64,000 bases of DNA from an uncultured Planctomycetia bacterium. Lineage in GTDB: Bacteria; Omnitrophota; Gorgyraeia; Duberdicusellales; 4484-171. How positions within the stretch are numbered: position 1 is the stretch's first letter; the number at the start of each line of letters is the position of its first letter. Below, piece by piece: positions 45,296-58,096 of this stretch. The notes under the pieces were generated by a model. It had not been told where the DNA came from. It did no database searches and saw only the letters and a list, made by a program, of their open reading frames with translations. The DNA is taken from contig CAZVRU010000001.1 in the NCBI GenBank assembly GCA_964629785.1, forward strand, positions 34,018 to 98,017, read 5' to 3'. Position numbers and translations under genes: made by a program.

Positions 45296-45702
45296 CGTTT
45301 TCTGGTCACAAACCTTGTCCGGAAAGGAAGCTTATAGGCTATCAATTTAAACGCTTCCCGGGCGTATTCTTCGGGGACACCGCCGATCTCGAACAAGACT
45401 CTTCCTTTCCTTATTACTGCTACCCAGCCTTCTACTTCACCTTTCCCCTTGCCCATACGCGATTCCGAAGACTTCTTGGTATAAGACTTATCGGGAAAAA
45501 TACGGATCCATAATTTACCTCCCCGGCGCAGTCTTCTGGTAAGAACGATCCGCGAAGCCTCGATCTGGGTATTTTTAAGCCAGCCGTGCTCCAGGGCTTT
45601 GATACCGTATTCGCCGAAGGCAACGGTCGCTCCTGCCGTAGCAGGGCCTTTCTTTTTGCCCCGCTGAGTTTTTCTGTATTTTACTCTTTTCGGTAATAAC
45701 AT
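45292..45702 (-). CDS. rplP: 50S ribosomal protein L16
   Basis: [19 protein letters not shown]...RMGKGKG. Confidence 0.97.
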   Translation of the reverse strand: MLLPKRVKYRKTQRGKKKGPATAGATVAFGEYGIKALEHGWLKNTQIEASRIVLTRRLRRGGKLWIRIFPDKSYTKKSSESRMGKGKGEVEGWVAVIRKGRVLFEIGGVPEEYAREAFKLIAYKLPFRTRFVTRKR

Positions 45703-46391
45703 TATTGCTCTTTTCGTTGACGGGCATTATTCGGCGCTTCGCCGATCATGTAATAGCCAGGCTGTTTCGTACCCTTGTATATCCAGACTTTGACCCCGAT
45801 GGTACCGTAAGTGGTCTGGGCCAGACCGAATCCGTAATCGATATCGGCGCGAAACGTCTGCAAAGGGATCTTGCCGAATTTGTATATCTCGGCCCGGGCG
45901 ATCTCAGCCCCGTCCAGGCGTCCTTTACAGCGCACTTTCATGCCCTCACACCCCATATTACCGGCCTGCTGCAAAGCCTTTTTCATGGCCCGGCGGAAAT
46001 TGATCCTTTTTTTCAGCTGAAAAGCGATCATTTCCGCGACCAGCTGGGCATCCAGCTGCGGATCGGACACTTCCAGCACATCGATCATTATTTCTTTTTT
46101 AGTCAGCCGGCTGATATCGGCTTTGTTCCGTTCGATATCCTGGCCCCGCCGCCCGATGATCACTCCCGGTCGCGAGGTTTTGATCTTTATCCTGATCAAA
46201 GTCGGCGATACCCTTTCGATGATTATCTGCGAAATAGAGCCAAAAGGATAACTTGCCTTTATCTTTTTCCTGATCTTTATATCTTCTTCCAGGAAATCGG
46301 CATATTCGCTCTTGCGGGAAGTAAACCATTTGGATAGCCAGTCTTTTCCAAATCCTATCCTCAATACATAGGGATGAACTTTCTGTCCCAT
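45702..46391 (-). CDS. rpsC: 30S ribosomal protein S3
   Basis: [13 protein letters not shown]...[10 protein letters not shown]. Confidence 0.97.
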   Translation of the reverse strand: MGQKVHPYVLRIGFGKDWLSKWFTSRKSEYADFLEEDIKIRKKIKASYPFGSISQIIIERVSPTLIRIKIKTSRPGVIIGRRGQDIERNKADISRLTKKEIMIDVLEVSDPQLDAQLVAEMIAFQLKKRINFRRAMKKALQQAGNMGCEGMKVRCKGRLDGAEIARAEIYKFGKIPLQTFRADIDYGFGLAQTTYGTIGVKVWIYKGTKQPGYYMIGEAPNNARQRKEQ

Positions 46392-46396
46392 AGCAC

Positions 46397-46756
46397 CTAC
46401 CTTACTTTCACCTCGGCACGGATATTTTCCGGAGTATCCAGCTCTACTTTTATGTGCGAGGTCCTTTTTCTGATTATCGTCGCTCTACCAAAGCTGGCAG
46501 CCCGATAGCGGGACAGCGTCGGCCCCTCATCGGCGATCAGCCGGGCAATAAAAAGCTGTCCTTCCTCATATCCTTTGTTTTTGGCATTGGCCACTGCGCT
46601 CTTCAGCACTTTTTCCAGTATGCGCGCTCCGCGCTTATTGGTAAGATGAAGAATATTGGCCGCATCCAAAACCGATTTACCCCGGACCAGAGGAAGTACT
46701 GTCCTCATTTTTCGGGGAGAAATCCTGATATATTTTGCTTCTGCTCTGGCTACCAT
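46397..46756 (-). CDS. rplV: 50S ribosomal protein L22
   Basis: YIRISPRKMRTVLPLVRGKSV...GPTLSRYRAASFGRATIIRKRTSHI. Confidence 0.97.
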   Translation of the reverse strand: MVARAEAKYIRISPRKMRTVLPLVRGKSVLDAANILHLTNKRGARILEKVLKSAVANAKNKGYEEGQLFIARLIADEGPTLSRYRAASFGRATIIRKRTSHIKVELDTPENIRAEVKVR

Positions 46757-46768
46757 CTCTAAACACCT

Positions 46769-47056
46769 TTATTTCTTCTGCAAGGCCTTCTTGGCCTTGA
46801 TACCGCCGTGTGATCTAAAAGTACGCGTGGGAGCAAATTCTCCCAGGCGATGACCGACCATCGATTCAGTGATAAATACCGGTATATGTTTTTTTCCGTT
46901 ATGCACGGCAAAAGTGAACCCGACAAACTCAGGCGTGATCATACTGGCCCGCGACCAGGTCTTGATCGGTTTGCGATCGCCGGTTTCCTTGGCTTTCTGT
47001 ATCTTTTTCTGCAACTTGTGATATACAAACGGTCCTTTTTTTAATGAACGTGACAT
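46769..47056 (-). CDS. rpsS: 30S ribosomal protein S19
   Basis: [11 protein letters not shown]...[27 protein letters not shown]. Confidence 0.97.
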   Translation of the reverse strand: MSRSLKKGPFVYHKLQKKIQKAKETGDRKPIKTWSRASMITPEFVGFTFAVHNGKKHIPVFITESMVGHRLGEFAPTRTFRSHGGIKAKKALQKK

Positions 47057-47064
47057 AATACCCT

Positions 47065-47904
47065 CTATCTCTTTTTCTTTTTGCTAAGAATGAACTTATT
47101 ACTTGCCTTTTTGGGTTTGCGGGTCTTGCCGCCTTTAGCGCATTTCCCCCAGGGAGACACCGGATGCGGATTACCCTGACCGGCTTTTCCTTCACCGCCA
47201 CCGTGCGGATGATCGACCGGATTCATAGCTACACCTCTGACCGTGGGACGTACCCCCAGCCAGCGGACCCTTCCTGCCTTTCCATGTACCTGGGAAGCAT
47301 GCTCGATATTTCCCAGTTGCCCGACTGTAGCCCGGCACTCGGCTTTTACCAGACGGGTCTCACCCGAAGGCATCCTCAGCTGGGCATAACCTTTTTCCTT
47401 GGCCATCAGCTGAGCCGATGAACCGGCGCTTCTTACCATAGCCCCGCCTTTACCGGGATTGATCTCGATATTATGGACTATGGTACCCAGCGGTATATGG
47501 GTAAGTTTCATGGCATTGCCCGGTTTTATCTCTACCCGGGAATCCGATGCACTGACTACTTTATCATTCACAGCCAGCCCGCTGGGCCAGAGAATATAAC
47601 GTTTCTCATTATCGGGATACTGGACCAGAGCGATCCGGGCACTGCGGTTAGGATCATACTCGATCGCCGCCACTGATCCCTCGATATCGAATTTATCCCG
47701 TTTGAAATCAATAATACGGTATTTGCGCTTATGTCCGCCGCCGCGATGCCGTAAAGTTATACGGCCCCGGTTATTCCTGCCCCCGCTCTTCTTAATGGGA
47801 ACAGTAAGCGATTTTTCCGGTTTAGCTTTGGTTACCTCGGAAAAATCGGTAGTTACTTTAAAACGTAATCCCGGCGTAATAGGTTTGAATTTCTTAACAC
47901 CCAT
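47065..47904 (-). CDS. rplB: 50S ribosomal protein L2
   Basis: [20 protein letters not shown]...[15 protein letters not shown]. Confidence 0.97.
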   Translation of the reverse strand: MGVKKFKPITPGLRFKVTTDFSEVTKAKPEKSLTVPIKKSGGRNNRGRITLRHRGGGHKRKYRIIDFKRDKFDIEGSVAAIEYDPNRSARIALVQYPDNEKRYILWPSGLAVNDKVVSASDSRVEIKPGNAMKLTHIPLGTIVHNIEINPGKGGAMVRSAGSSAQLMAKEKGYAQLRMPSGETRLVKAECRATVGQLGNIEHASQVHGKAGRVRWLGVRPTVRGVAMNPVDHPHGGGEGKAGQGNPHPVSPWGKCAKGGKTRKPKKASNKFILSKKKKR

Positions 47905-47914
47905 ATTTAACCTT

Positions 47915-48205
47915 CTATACTGTCTTTATTTCGTATCCTTTTTGCAGCCTGACTATGGCCTTTTTCCAGGTCGGGGTCTTGCCTTCCTGGCCCCAGCGCA
48001 GACGCTTTGTCTTGCCTTTTACGGTCAGAGTCTGAACATCTTCGACCTTTACCTTATATATCTTCTCAACCGCGTTCCTGATCTGGATCTTATTGGCCTT
48101 GCGGGAAACCAGAAAGACGTACTGATTTTCGCTGATCCGGGTCGAACTTTTTTCCGTCAGGATCAAAGATTTGATTATATTATAAACATCGCTTACTTCA
48201 ACCAT
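47915..48205 (-). CDS. rplW: 50S ribosomal protein L23
   Basis: LILTEKS...[26 protein letters not shown]. Confidence 0.95.
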   Translation of the reverse strand: MVEVSDVYNIIKSLILTEKSSTRISENQYVFLVSRKANKIQIRNAVEKIYKVKVEDVQTLTVKGKTKRLRWGQEGKTPTWKKAIVRLQKGYEIKTV

Positions 48206-48837
48206 TTTTTTATTTTTTCCTCTACTTTCGAAAGACTTTGTTTAGTAAACACCAGTTTCTGACAATCGAGCGCCGTATAAGTATTCAGGTCATCGGCTTT
48301 TTCCAGGGACAGGTTCCCGATATTGCGCGCCGCGCGCTTAAGATCGATCCCTATCTGCTCGGATACAAAACGCACTTTCTGCTTATCGAGTTTAAGGCCC
48401 TTGGCCAGCTTAAGCATTTCTTTTGTCTTGGCCTCTTTTATGTTCAATTCATCGATGATCATCAGGGCATTATCCTGTAACTGCGCGTTAAGGGCGCTTT
48501 TCAAAGCCATCGCCTTCATCCGTTTGGGGAATTTCTTGTTGAAATCCCGCGGTTGCGGTCCGAAAACTATGCCGCCGCCCTTCCACAAAGGAGAACGTAT
48601 CGAACCGTGCCGGGAACGGCCGGTACCTTTCTGGCGCCAGGGCTTTTTTCCGCCGCCCCTTACTTCGCCGCGGGTTTTTGCCGATGACGTACCCTGGCGG
48701 CGATTGGCCAGATAAGTGACCACTGCCTGATGCATAAGCGCAGGACTTATTTTTCCATCGAATACTTTATCGTCCAGCGATAACTTTTCGACAGCCTTGC
48801 CTTTTTGATTTATAATATCGATTTCTGCCATGATCAA
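48193..48837 (-). CDS. rplD: 50S ribosomal protein L4
   Basis: TRGEVRGGGKKPWRQKGTGRSRHGSIRSPLWKGGG. Confidence 0.97.
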   Translation of the reverse strand: MIMAEIDIINQKGKAVEKLSLDDKVFDGKISPALMHQAVVTYLANRRQGTSSAKTRGEVRGGGKKPWRQKGTGRSRHGSIRSPLWKGGGIVFGPQPRDFNKKFPKRMKAMALKSALNAQLQDNALMIIDELNIKEAKTKEMLKLAKGLKLDKQKVRFVSEQIGIDLKRAARNIGNLSLEKADDLNTYTALDCQKLVFTKQSLSKVEEKIKKWLK

Positions 48838-49457
48838 TGTTTCTTGATAGTAACGATAGCCCGCGGAGCGCCGGGTATCGACCCCTTTATAAAAAGCACT
48901 TTCTTTTCCTTATCGATCTTGACTATCTGCATGTTTTTTGCCGTACGCGGCACATTGCCCATATGACCGGGCATACACACACCTTTGAACACCCGGGAGG
49001 GAGTAGAGCAGGGACCATTGGAACCGATGCGGCGATGGGTAGTCGAACCATGGGTTTTGGGCTGGCCTTTCCAGTTATGACGGCGCATGCCTCCCTGAAA
49101 ACCGCGGCCTTTTACCAGACCGGATATATCGACCTTCTCGCCTTCGCTGAAAATATCGACTCCCACTTCCTGCAGCGGCTGCCATTCTTTGTCAGCTTCG
49201 GGAATGACTTCTTTTATCATTTTGAATACCGGAGAACTCAATTTCTTGAAATATCCCTTCTGGGGATTATTGATACGATAATATTTATCCTCAGGTACCT
49301 TGAAACAGCCGATCCTCACTTTTTCTTTGGAAGGATAAGAAACTTTTTCCAGCAGACACACCGGCTCTATCTCGATTACGGTAACACCGGTACAGGAGCC
49401 GTCTTCGGAAAACAGCTGGGTCATACCAATTTTTCTGCCTACTATCTCTTTAATCAT
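48834..49457 (-). CDS. rplC: 50S ribosomal protein L3
   Basis: GRKIGMTQLF...KGRGFQGGMRRHNW. Confidence 0.97.
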   Translation of the reverse strand: MIKEIVGRKIGMTQLFSEDGSCTGVTVIEIEPVCLLEKVSYPSKEKVRIGCFKVPEDKYYRINNPQKGYFKKLSSPVFKMIKEVIPEADKEWQPLQEVGVDIFSEGEKVDISGLVKGRGFQGGMRRHNWKGQPKTHGSTTHRRIGSNGPCSTPSRVFKGVCMPGHMGNVPRTAKNMQIVKIDKEKKVLFIKGSIPGAPRAIVTIKKH

Positions 49458-49521
49458 ACAATCCCCACATTTCAGCTCGTATCCCGGATATTTCTTTTGT
49501 CAGGATACTTCCTAAAACCCC

Positions 49522-49830
49522 TTAGACTTCCTGCTTGATTTCAACATTTACACCGCTGGGCAAATTGAGCTTGCGTAAAGCGTCAATCGTTTTCGGCGTA
49601 GGATTATCGAGGTCGATGATCCTTTTGTGGACGGCAAGCATAAACTGTTCCCGGGATTTCTTATCAATATTCGTGGACCGGTTCACGGTGTACACCTTTT
49701 TCAGGGTCGGCAAAGGTATCGGTCCGTTCACCTTGGCCCCGGTACGTAACGCGACCTCGACGATCTCGCCAGTTGACTGGTCGAGCAGACGATGATCGAA
49801 CGCTTTTAATTTTATCCTTATCTTAAGCAT
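49522..49830 (-). CDS. rpsJ: 30S ribosomal protein S10
   Basis: [16 protein letters not shown]...GPIPLPT. Confidence 0.97.
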   Translation of the reverse strand: MLKIRIKLKAFDHRLLDQSTGEIVEVALRTGAKVNGPIPLPTLKKVYTVNRSTNIDKKSREQFMLAVHKRIIDLDNPTPKTIDALRKLNLPSGVNVEIKQEV

Positions 49831-49858
49831 AGCTTCTCTACTGACTCCCTACGCAGCA

Positions 49859-49886
49859 AGGGAGAAGGGGTTTCCCCCTTCTCCCT
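49859..49886 (-). other. Perfect 12-bp GC-rich stem-loop in the tuf-rpsJ spacer
   Basis: AGGGAGAAGGGG-tttc-CCCCTTCTCCCT on the plus strand, giving the same helix in the minus-strand transcript. Its 3' arm (CTCCCT) can alternatively pair with the AGGGAG at 49845-49850 near the rpsJ start. Confidence 0.7.
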
Positions 49887-49895
49887 GACGTTTTC

Positions 49896-51098
<1,203 letters not shown>

Positions 51099-51139
51099 TC
51101 GTCACCTCCTTATTAAAGACATATTTTTTACCTATATAA

Positions 51140-53206
51140 TTACAGCCCGATTATTTTAACCATCAATTCTGATGGAACTTTTTCGTAATATAAAGGCTCT
51201 ATTGTATAAGAAGCTCGCCCCTGTGTCAAGTTTCTTAATGCATCAGCGTAGTTAAAAACTTCAGCCAGAGGCACTTCAGCCCGCACCACTTTCACATTTT
51301 TGCGCTCCGAAATATTGCTTATCCTGGCCCGCTTGGTATTCAGGTCGGCAATGGTCTGGCTCAGATAGACCTCGGGAGTTATCACCTCCAGGCCCATGAT
51401 CGGTTCAAGTAATACCGAACCGCCCTTGCGCAATCCTTCTTTGACCGCCATTTCCGCCGCGATTTTGAACGACAATTCGCTGGAATCCACATCATGATAG
51501 GAACCGTCGGTCAATATCAGTTTTACGTCGGTCAGCTGATATCCGGCAAGAACCCCGCTTTCGGCTGCTTCCAGCACGCCTTCCTTGACTGACGGCAGAA
51601 ATTCTTTGGGAATCACCCCGCCTTTTATCCTGGTATCATAAACAATTCCCGAACCTTTTTCGCCCGGTGAGACAAGCAGGACCACATGTCCGTACTGGCC
51701 TTTCCCCCCGCTCTGCTGGATAAACTTGCCCACAGCCTCGACATTGCGGGTAATGGTCTCTTTATAAGCAACACAGGGTTTACCGACTTTGGCTATTACG
51801 TTAAAATCGTTTACCAGCCGGTCCACCACCACTTCCAGATGAAGCTGGCCCATACCGGAAATGATATTCTGGCCGGTATCTTTGTTGTATACTACCTTAA
51901 AAGAAGGATCTTCGTCAGACAATTTCTGCAGGGCCGTTACCAGTTTATCCTGATCCTGCTGGGTCTTGGGCTCGATAGCCAGAGATACTACCGGTTCAGG
52001 AAAACGCATCTCTTCCAGAAGCATCGGTTTCTTGAAATCACAGAGGGTGTCGCCGGTGGTGGTTTCTTTAAAACCTACCAGACAGACGATATCACCGGCC
52101 CGGGCCTCGTTGACTATCTCCTGTTTATTGGCATGCATGCGCACTATCTTGCTCACCCGCTCTTTGATCTTCTTTGCCGCGTTATAGACATCCTGACCGG
52201 GCACGATCTTGCCGCAATAAATACGGGTATAAAAAAGTTTGCCCACGAAAGGATCGGTAAAAACCTTGAAACATAATCCGCAAAAAGGGCTTTTATAAGA
52301 TACATCCCTTTCCTCGAATTCTTTTCCGTCGACAGTAAGGCCTTTGACCAGTTTCAGATCGCGCGGCGACGGCAGCCAGTCGCATACGGCATCCAGCAAA
52401 GGCTGAATACCCTTGTTCTTCAGGGAAGAACCGCAAAGCACCGGGGTCAGCTTATTTCCGAGAACGTATTTGCGTATCAGAGATACGATCTCCGTCCGGC
52501 TGACTTCCTGGCCGTCTATATACTTATTCATGAATTCGTCATCAAGTTCGGACAACTTATCGATAATGCGGTTATAATACTGTTCGGCCCGCTCTTTCAT
52601 GTTTTCGGGAATATCCCGGCAGACCACGTCTACGCCGCCTTCTTTTTCGAAATAAAGCGCCTTCTGGGCAAGTACGTCGATAACCCCGATAAAAACGTCG
52701 TTTTCGTCGTAAAGCGGCAATTGCACGGCAACGGGATTAGCTGCCAGTTTTTCGTCCATCTCCTGGATTACATGATAAAAATCAGCGCCCACCCTGTCCA
52801 TTTTATTGACAAAGGCAATGCGGGCCACTTTATATTTATCGGCCTGACGCCAGACCGTCTCGCTCTGAGGCTCAACTCCGCCCACGCCGCAGAAGATCAC
52901 CACTGTCCCGTCAAGTACTTTCAGGGAACGCTCGACTTCCGCCGTGAAATCGATATGTCCCGGCGTATCGATGATGTTGATCATGCAGTCTTTCCATTTA
53001 CAGTGAGTGGCGGCGCTGGTTATGGTGATGCCGCGCTGTCGTTCCTGCTGCATCCAGTCAGTGGTCGCCGTGCCCGAATCCACTTCGCCGATCCGGTAGA
53101 CCACCCCGCTGTAAAAAAGTACCCGCTCCGTAGTAGTGGTCTTTCCCGCGTCGATGTGAGCGACAAAACCGATATTACGGATAAGGTCAAGTTCTTCTTT
53201 TTTCAT
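51140..53206 (-). CDS. fusA: Elongation factor G
   Basis: [31 protein letters not shown]. The ORF-track start at 53251 is a TTG codon. ATG 53206 ([13 protein letters not shown]) matches the usual EF-G N-terminus. The start remains somewhat uncertain. Confidence 0.95.
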   Translation of the reverse strand: MKKEELDLIRNIGFVAHIDAGKTTTTERVLFYSGVVYRIGEVDSGTATTDWMQQERQRGITITSAATHCKWKDCMINIIDTPGHIDFTAEVERSLKVLDGTVVIFCGVGGVEPQSETVWRQADKYKVARIAFVNKMDRVGADFYHVIQEMDEKLAANPVAVQLPLYDENDVFIGVIDVLAQKALYFEKEGGVDVVCRDIPENMKERAEQYYNRIIDKLSELDDEFMNKYIDGQEVSRTEIVSLIRKYVLGNKLTPVLCGSSLKNKGIQPLLDAVCDWLPSPRDLKLVKGLTVDGKEFEERDVSYKSPFCGLCFKVFTDPFVGKLFYTRIYCGKIVPGQDVYNAAKKIKERVSKIVRMHANKQEIVNEARAGDIVCLVGFKETTTGDTLCDFKKPMLLEEMRFPEPVVSLAIEPKTQQDQDKLVTALQKLSDEDPSFKVVYNKDTGQNIISGMGQLHLEVVVDRLVNDFNVIAKVGKPCVAYKETITRNVEAVGKFIQQSGGKGQYGHVVLLVSPGEKGSGIVYDTRIKGGVIPKEFLPSVKEGVLEAAESGVLAGYQLTDVKLILTDGSYHDVDSSELSFKIAAEMAVKEGLRKGGSVLLEPIMGLEVITPEVYLSQTIADLNTKRARISNISERKNVKVVRAEVPLAEVFNYADALRNLTQGRASYTIEPLYYEKVPSELMVKIIGL

Positions 53207-53269
53207 AGTCTGTACTGTGCAACCCACGGTAATTCCGAACTCCTCTGACAAACCTTTACGGTCTTCATA

Positions 53270-53737
53270 TCACATCTTGAAATGGGCAAAAGCCCGGTTG
53301 GACTCAGCCATCTTATGTGTATCGTCTTTCTTTTTGATCACGCCGCCTTCGTTCTTATAGGCAGCCATTATCTCTTCGGCCAGTTTTGCGCTCATCTGCT
53401 TGCCTTTTTTAACCCGGGCAAAATCCCGTATCCAGCGCAGCGCTATGAAAAATCCCCTGTCTTTCGGTACTTCCACCGGAACCTGATAGGTGGCACCGCC
53501 GATACGACGGGGTTTTACTGCCAGACGGGGCCGGGCGTTTTCCAGAGCATCAAAGAACACCTTTACCGGATCCTGCTTAACCCTTTCTTCGATCATATCG
53601 AAAGCATCATAAATGATCTTCTGGGCCAGGTTTTTCTTTCCGTCGTACATCATGATATTGATAAACCTGCCGATGACCGGTGAATTATATTTCGGGTCAG
53701 CTAACGGTTCCCGCTTAGGCGCTCTTCTCCTTCTCAT
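53270..53737 (-). CDS. rpsG: 30S ribosomal protein S7
   Basis: MRRRRAPKREPLADPKYNS... The start is moved from 53839 to ATG 53737, which has an AGGAGG sequence 7 nt upstream and lies 16 nt after the rpsL stop. Confidence 0.97.
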   Translation of the reverse strand: MRRRRAPKREPLADPKYNSPVIGRFINIMMYDGKKNLAQKIIYDAFDMIEERVKQDPVKVFFDALENARPRLAVKPRRIGGATYQVPVEVPKDRGFFIALRWIRDFARVKKGKQMSAKLAEEIMAAYKNEGGVIKKKDDTHKMAESNRAFAHFKM

Positions 53738-53753
53738 TAAAATTCCTCCTGCA

Positions 53754-54128
53754 TTATTTTTTAGGTCTTTTCGCTCCGTATTTGGAACGTGATTTTTTCC
53801 TGTTCTGCACGCCCTGCGTATCGAGCGTACCCCGCACAATATGATACCGTACGCCGGGAAGGTCCTTTACCCTGCCGCCGCGCACCAGAACTATCGAGTG
53901 TTCCTGGAGATTATGTCCTTCTCCCGGAATATAGGCAGTGACCTCTTCCCGGTTGGAAAGACGGACCCTGGCGACCTTACGCAAGGCTGAGTTCGGTTTC
54001 TTGGGGGTCATGGTCTTTACCTGGATACAGACCCCTCTTTTCTGCGGACATTTTTTCAATGCCGGAGATTTTGTCTTCCTTTTCTTCGGCTCTCTCGATT
54101 TACGGATCAATTGCGCTATTGTTGGCAT
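53754..54128 (-). CDS. rpsL: 30S ribosomal protein S12
   Basis: [12 protein letters not shown]...[16 protein letters not shown]. The start overlaps the rpoC 3' end by 13 nt. Confidence 0.97.
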   Translation of the reverse strand: MPTIAQLIRKSREPKKRKTKSPALKKCPQKRGVCIQVKTMTPKKPNSALRKVARVRLSNREEVTAYIPGEGHNLQEHSIVLVRGGRVKDLPGVRYHIVRGTLDTQGVQNRKKSRSKYGAKRPKK

Positions 54129-57100
54129 TTTTCCACCTCTACCTCTCGATATTTTCTCAATCCTGTACCGGCAGGAACAAGATGTCCCACAATGACGTTC
54201 TCCTTTAAGCCTTTAAGGTAATCGGCTTTACCGCCCACGCTGGCATCGGCCAGTACGCGGGTTGTCTCCTGAAAGCTTGCCGCGGAAATAAAGCTGCTGG
54301 TACTGAGACTGGCCTTGGTTATTCCCAGAAGAAGCGGCTGGGCCGTTGCCGGCTTGCCGTTTTTCTTGCTCACCTTTTCATTGGCCTTTTTGAAATCCCA
54401 TTTATCAACTGCTTCACCGGGCAGAAGATCAGTATCTCCGCCGTCGACGATCTTGACCTTTTTCAGCATTTCCCGGATGATCAACTCGATATGCTTATCA
54501 TTGATGGTCACGCCCTGCAGACGGTATACTTCCTGCACCTCGTTGACCAGATATTCCTGAAGCACCTTATCGCCGCAGACACGCAGAATATCCTGCAGGA
54601 CGATCGGACCTTCGGTCAGCTGCTGGCCGGCATGGACCTGATCCCCCTTATATACGATAGGATGGGTACCGGTGGGAATGGTATATTCCCGTTTCATGCC
54701 GGTAGTACTGCGGACGATTATCTTGCGTTCGCCTTTTTCCTCGGTAAATTCGACGAACCCGTCTATTTCGGAAATGATCGCCGGATTCTTGGGCCGGCGC
54801 GCTTCGAACAATTCGGCTACTCTGGGCAGACCGCCGGTAATATCCTTGGTCTTGGCCACCAGCCGCGGGGTCTTGGCCACGATGTCGCCGGCTTCGACCT
54901 TATTCGCTTCGTCGACCATGATATGGGCTCCGGTAGGCAGAGGATAAATACCCAGAACTTCCTTGTCATCTTCGGAAAAAATCAGGATCTGGGGATGATA
55001 GTCACCTTTGAATTCCACTACTACCCGTTCTTTTCTTCCCGTAGCCACATTCATTTCTTCCTGGATAGTAACCCCGTCGATGATATCCTCATAACGGACT
55101 TTTCCGGCAACTTCGGTAAGTACCGGTGACGAATAGGGATCCCAGCGCACGAAGATCTTATCCTTAGTGGATTTACCGCCGTCTTCCACATAGATATACG
55201 ATCCCTGAGGCACGGGGTTTCTCTGCAATTCGATCCCCCGGTCATCATTGATGCTGATCATACCGTTGCGGTTCAAAACGACGAACATTTTATCCTTAGC
55301 AGCGACTTTCAGATTATGATAGCGAACTTCGCCGCTGTCTTTGGCTTTGATAAAGGAACGCTCGGCGACCCTTGAAGCAGTACCGCCGATATGAAAGGTT
55401 CTCATGGTCAGCTGAGTACCCGGCTCACCGATAGACTGGGCAGCGATAACCCCTACTGCTTCTCCCAATTCCACCAGTTTGCCGCGGGCCAGATTTCGTC
55501 CGTAACATTTAGCGCAGACGCCGCGCTCCGACTCGCAGGTAAGTACGCTGCGGATGCGGATCGTCTCCAGGCCGAGTCTTTCTATCTTTTCCGCTTTTTC
55601 TTCGGTGATCTCTTCCCCGGTCTTGACGATCAGTTCGTCGGAAACGATATCGACGATATTGTCCAGAGCGAACCTTCCGATAATACGCTCTCTAAGCGAT
55701 ACCACCACTTCATCGCCTTCCACGATCTCCGATACGGTAATACCGTTGACCGTACCGCAGTCATCTTCCACGATGATGACTTCCTGGGTCACATCGACCA
55801 GACGGCGGGTGAGATATCCGGCATCAGCGGTTTTCAGCGCAGTATCGGCAAGACCTTTCCGGGCGCCGTGCGTGGAGATGAAAAATTCCAGCACCGAAAG
55901 ACCTTCCCGGAAATTAGACGTGATCGGATTTTCGATGATCTCGCCCGAAGGCTTGGCCATCAGTCCTCTCATGCCGGCCAGCTGGCGCATCTGCAGTTTC
56001 GATCCGCGGGCGCCGGAGTCGGCCATCATGAACAGAGGATTGAAACTATCGAGATTCTTGAATACCAGTTCCGAAACCTTATCGGTTGTCCTGGTCCAGA
56101 TATCGATGATCTTATTGTGACGTTCCCGTTCGGTAATGATGCCTTTTTTATACTGATCTTCGACCTTGGCGATCTCGGCATTGGACTCCCGGATACAATC
56201 GTTCTTCTGTTCCGGTATCTTCAGGTCGTCGATACCGATGCTTACACCGCCCTGGGTCGCGTATTCAAAACCGATCTCTTTCAGCTTATCAAGAAGCAAA
56301 ATTGCTTCGTAATGGCCGAAACGCTTATAGCATTCGCCGACAAGATTGGAGACCTTCTTTTTATCCATGATATCGTTGACATAGCCGAACTCGGGCGGAA
56401 GCACTTCATTGAAAAGGATCCGGCCCACGGTCGTTTCCACCAGCTGAGTAGTACCGTCAGGCTGCGGCAGACGGACTTTCACGATGGCGTGAAGATCGAC
56501 TTCTTCATCCTGGTAGGCAGTGATCGATTCTTCGGGAGAGGAAAAGATCAGCCCTGCTCCCCGGGCATTTTTATTCTGCAAAGTAAGGTAGCGGCAGCCC
56601 AGAATCATATCCTGGCTGGGAGTAATGATCGGCCTTCCGTCAGCCGGAGAAAAAATGTTGTTGATGGAAAGCATCAGCACCTTTGCTTCGGACTGCGCTT
56701 CCAGAGACAGGGGCACATGCACTGCCATCTGGTCTCCGTCAAAATCGGCATTGAACGCGGCACAGGCCAGCGGGTGAAGCTGAATAGCTTTACCTTCGAT
56801 AAGGCGGGGATAAAAGGACTGAATACTCAAGCGGTGCAGGGTCGGCGCGCGGTTAAGCATCACCGGGTGCCCCTGAATCACTTCTTCCAGAATATCCCAG
56901 ACCTCTACCCTGGCCCGTTCGACCATGCGCCGGGCGCCTTTGATGGTATGAACAAAACCTTTTTCTCTCAATTTTTTGATTATAAACGGTTCGAACAGCT
57001 CCAGCGCCATCTGCTTGGGGATGCCGCATTCATATAATTTCAGTTTAGGTCCGACCACGATTACGCTGCGGCCCGAATAATCGACGCGTTTACCCAGAAG

Positions 57101-58096
57101 ATTCTGGCGGAAACGCCCCTGTTTTCCCTTAAGCATATCGGAAAGGCTCTTTAAAGGCCTGCTCTGATGGCCCATGACCGGACGGCCGTGTCTGCCGTTC
57201 TCGATCAATGCATCTACTGCTTCCTGAAGCATCCGTTTTTCATTGCGGATGATTATTTCCGGAGCACCGAGCGACATTAATTTCTTAAGACGGTTATTTC
57301 TATTGATCACCCGGCGGTAAAGATCATTGAGATCGGAAGAAGCGAACCGTCCTCCTTCCAGAGGTACCAGCGGTCTGAGATCAGGGGGGATCACCGGCAC
57401 TGCTTCCAGGATCATCCATTCGGCATGGTTACCGGAACGGCGCAGATCCTCGATTATCTTGAGGCGGCGCAGGACCTTTTTATTCTGAGCCGCGGCCTTG
57501 CTGGAAGCGATTTCTTCCCGGATCTCCTGGCTCAATTTCGCAAAATCTATATTCTGCAGTAATTCTTTTATGGCTCCGGCACCGATACCGATCTTGATCC
57601 GGCCCTTATATTCTTCCATGGCCTTGCGGTACTCTTCTTCATTAAGCAACTGCATCTTTTTATAGGGAGTGTCACCCGGATCAATAACCACATGTTCTTC
57701 GTAATAAACGACCTTTTCCAGGGACTTGACCCCCAGATCGAGAATAGCGCCGATACGGGAAGGGATCACTTTAAAAAACCAGATATGGGTACAGGGAGCG
57801 GCCAGGTCGATGTGCCCCATTCTCTGACGGCGCACCGAAGAATGCAGCACTTCCACGCCGCAACGGTCGCATTTCATACCTTTGAACTTGATCCCTTTAA
57901 GTTTACCGCAGTGACATTCCCAGTCTTTGACCGGACCGAAAATACGTTCGCAGAAAAGGCCGTCTTTTTCCGGTTTCAAAGTACGGTAGTTCAGAGTCTC
58001 GGCCTTTCTTACTTCTCCGCTGGACCAGCTTTTGATTATCTGGGGAGAAGCAAGTTTTATCGTGATCTTATCGAAAAAGGTGGCCTCTTCTATCAT
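54116..58096 (-). CDS. rpoC: DNA-directed RNA polymerase subunit beta'
   Basis: Zn-finger [23 protein letters not shown] and catalytic NADFDGDQM. The start is set at ATG 58096, which forms an ATGA overlap with the rpoB stop. The ORF-track start at 58132 lies inside rpoB. Confidence 0.97.
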   Translation of the reverse strand: MIEEATFFDKITIKLASPQIIKSWSSGEVRKAETLNYRTLKPEKDGLFCERIFGPVKDWECHCGKLKGIKFKGMKCDRCGVEVLHSSVRRQRMGHIDLAAPCTHIWFFKVIPSRIGAILDLGVKSLEKVVYYEEHVVIDPGDTPYKKMQLLNEEEYRKAMEEYKGRIKIGIGAGAIKELLQNIDFAKLSQEIREEIASSKAAAQNKKVLRRLKIIEDLRRSGNHAEWMILEAVPVIPPDLRPLVPLEGGRFASSDLNDLYRRVINRNNRLKKLMSLGAPEIIIRNEKRMLQEAVDALIENGRHGRPVMGHQSRPLKSLSDMLKGKQGRFRQNLLGKRVDYSGRSVIVVGPKLKLYECGIPKQMALELFEPFIIKKLREKGFVHTIKGARRMVERARVEVWDILEEVIQGHPVMLNRAPTLHRLSIQSFYPRLIEGKAIQLHPLACAAFNADFDGDQMAVHVPLSLEAQSEAKVLMLSINNIFSPADGRPIITPSQDMILGCRYLTLQNKNARGAGLIFSSPEESITAYQDEEVDLHAIVKVRLPQPDGTTQLVETTVGRILFNEVLPPEFGYVNDIMDKKKVSNLVGECYKRFGHYEAILLLDKLKEIGFEYATQGGVSIGIDDLKIPEQKNDCIRESNAEIAKVEDQYKKGIITERERHNKIIDIWTRTTDKVSELVFKNLDSFNPLFMMADSGARGSKLQMRQLAGMRGLMAKPSGEIIENPITSNFREGLSVLEFFISTHGARKGLADTALKTADAGYLTRRLVDVTQEVIIVEDDCGTVNGITVSEIVEGDEVVVSLRERIIGRFALDNIVDIVSDELIVKTGEEITEEKAEKIERLGLETIRIRSVLTCESERGVCAKCYGRNLARGKLVELGEAVGVIAAQSIGEPGTQLTMRTFHIGGTASRVAERSFIKAKDSGEVRYHNLKVAAKDKMFVVLNRNGMISINDDRGIELQRNPVPQGSYIYVEDGGKSTKDKIFVRWDPYSSPVLTEVAGKVRYEDIIDGVTIQEEMNVATGRKERVVVEFKGDYHPQILIFSEDDKEVLGIYPLPTGAHIMVDEANKVEAGDIVAKTPRLVAKTKDITGGLPRVAELFEARRPKNPAIISEIDGFVEFTEEKGERKIIVRSTTGMKREYTIPTGTHPIVYKGDQVHAGQQLTEGPIVLQDILRVCGDKVLQEYLVNEVQEVYRLQGVTINDKHIELIIREMLKKVKIVDGGDTDLLPGEAVDKWDFKKANEKVSKKNGKPATAQPLLLGITKASLSTSSFISAASFQETTRVLADASVGGKADYLKGLKENVIVGHLVPAGTGLRKYREVEVEKCQQ

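Noticed and set aside
53738-53839. N-terminal extensions in the ORF track for rpsG (53839), the GltD-like gene (21997), mdh (31636), rpoC (58132), fusA (53251), the M42 peptidase (12908), the GT2 gene (25899) and rplE (44214).
   Set aside because: - The extensions overlap the preceding gene, often begin at GTG or TTG, and add non-conserved residues.
- Internal ATGs with good Shine-Dalgarno sequences give canonical N-termini.
55391-57037. A 548-aa plus-strand ORF, and many other long plus-strand ORFs (for example 10685-11656, 11685-12812, 12910-13746, 15791-16846, 19683-20564, 39029-39802).
   Set aside because: - Each lies exactly antisense to a minus-strand gene with unmistakable conserved motifs (rpoC, Na/Pi transporter, M42 peptidase, glnA, gdhA, adk and others).
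- Their translations are compositionally odd (G/R/H/D/F-rich), lack Shine-Dalgarno sequences and match no family I recognise.
- They are typical shadow ORFs.
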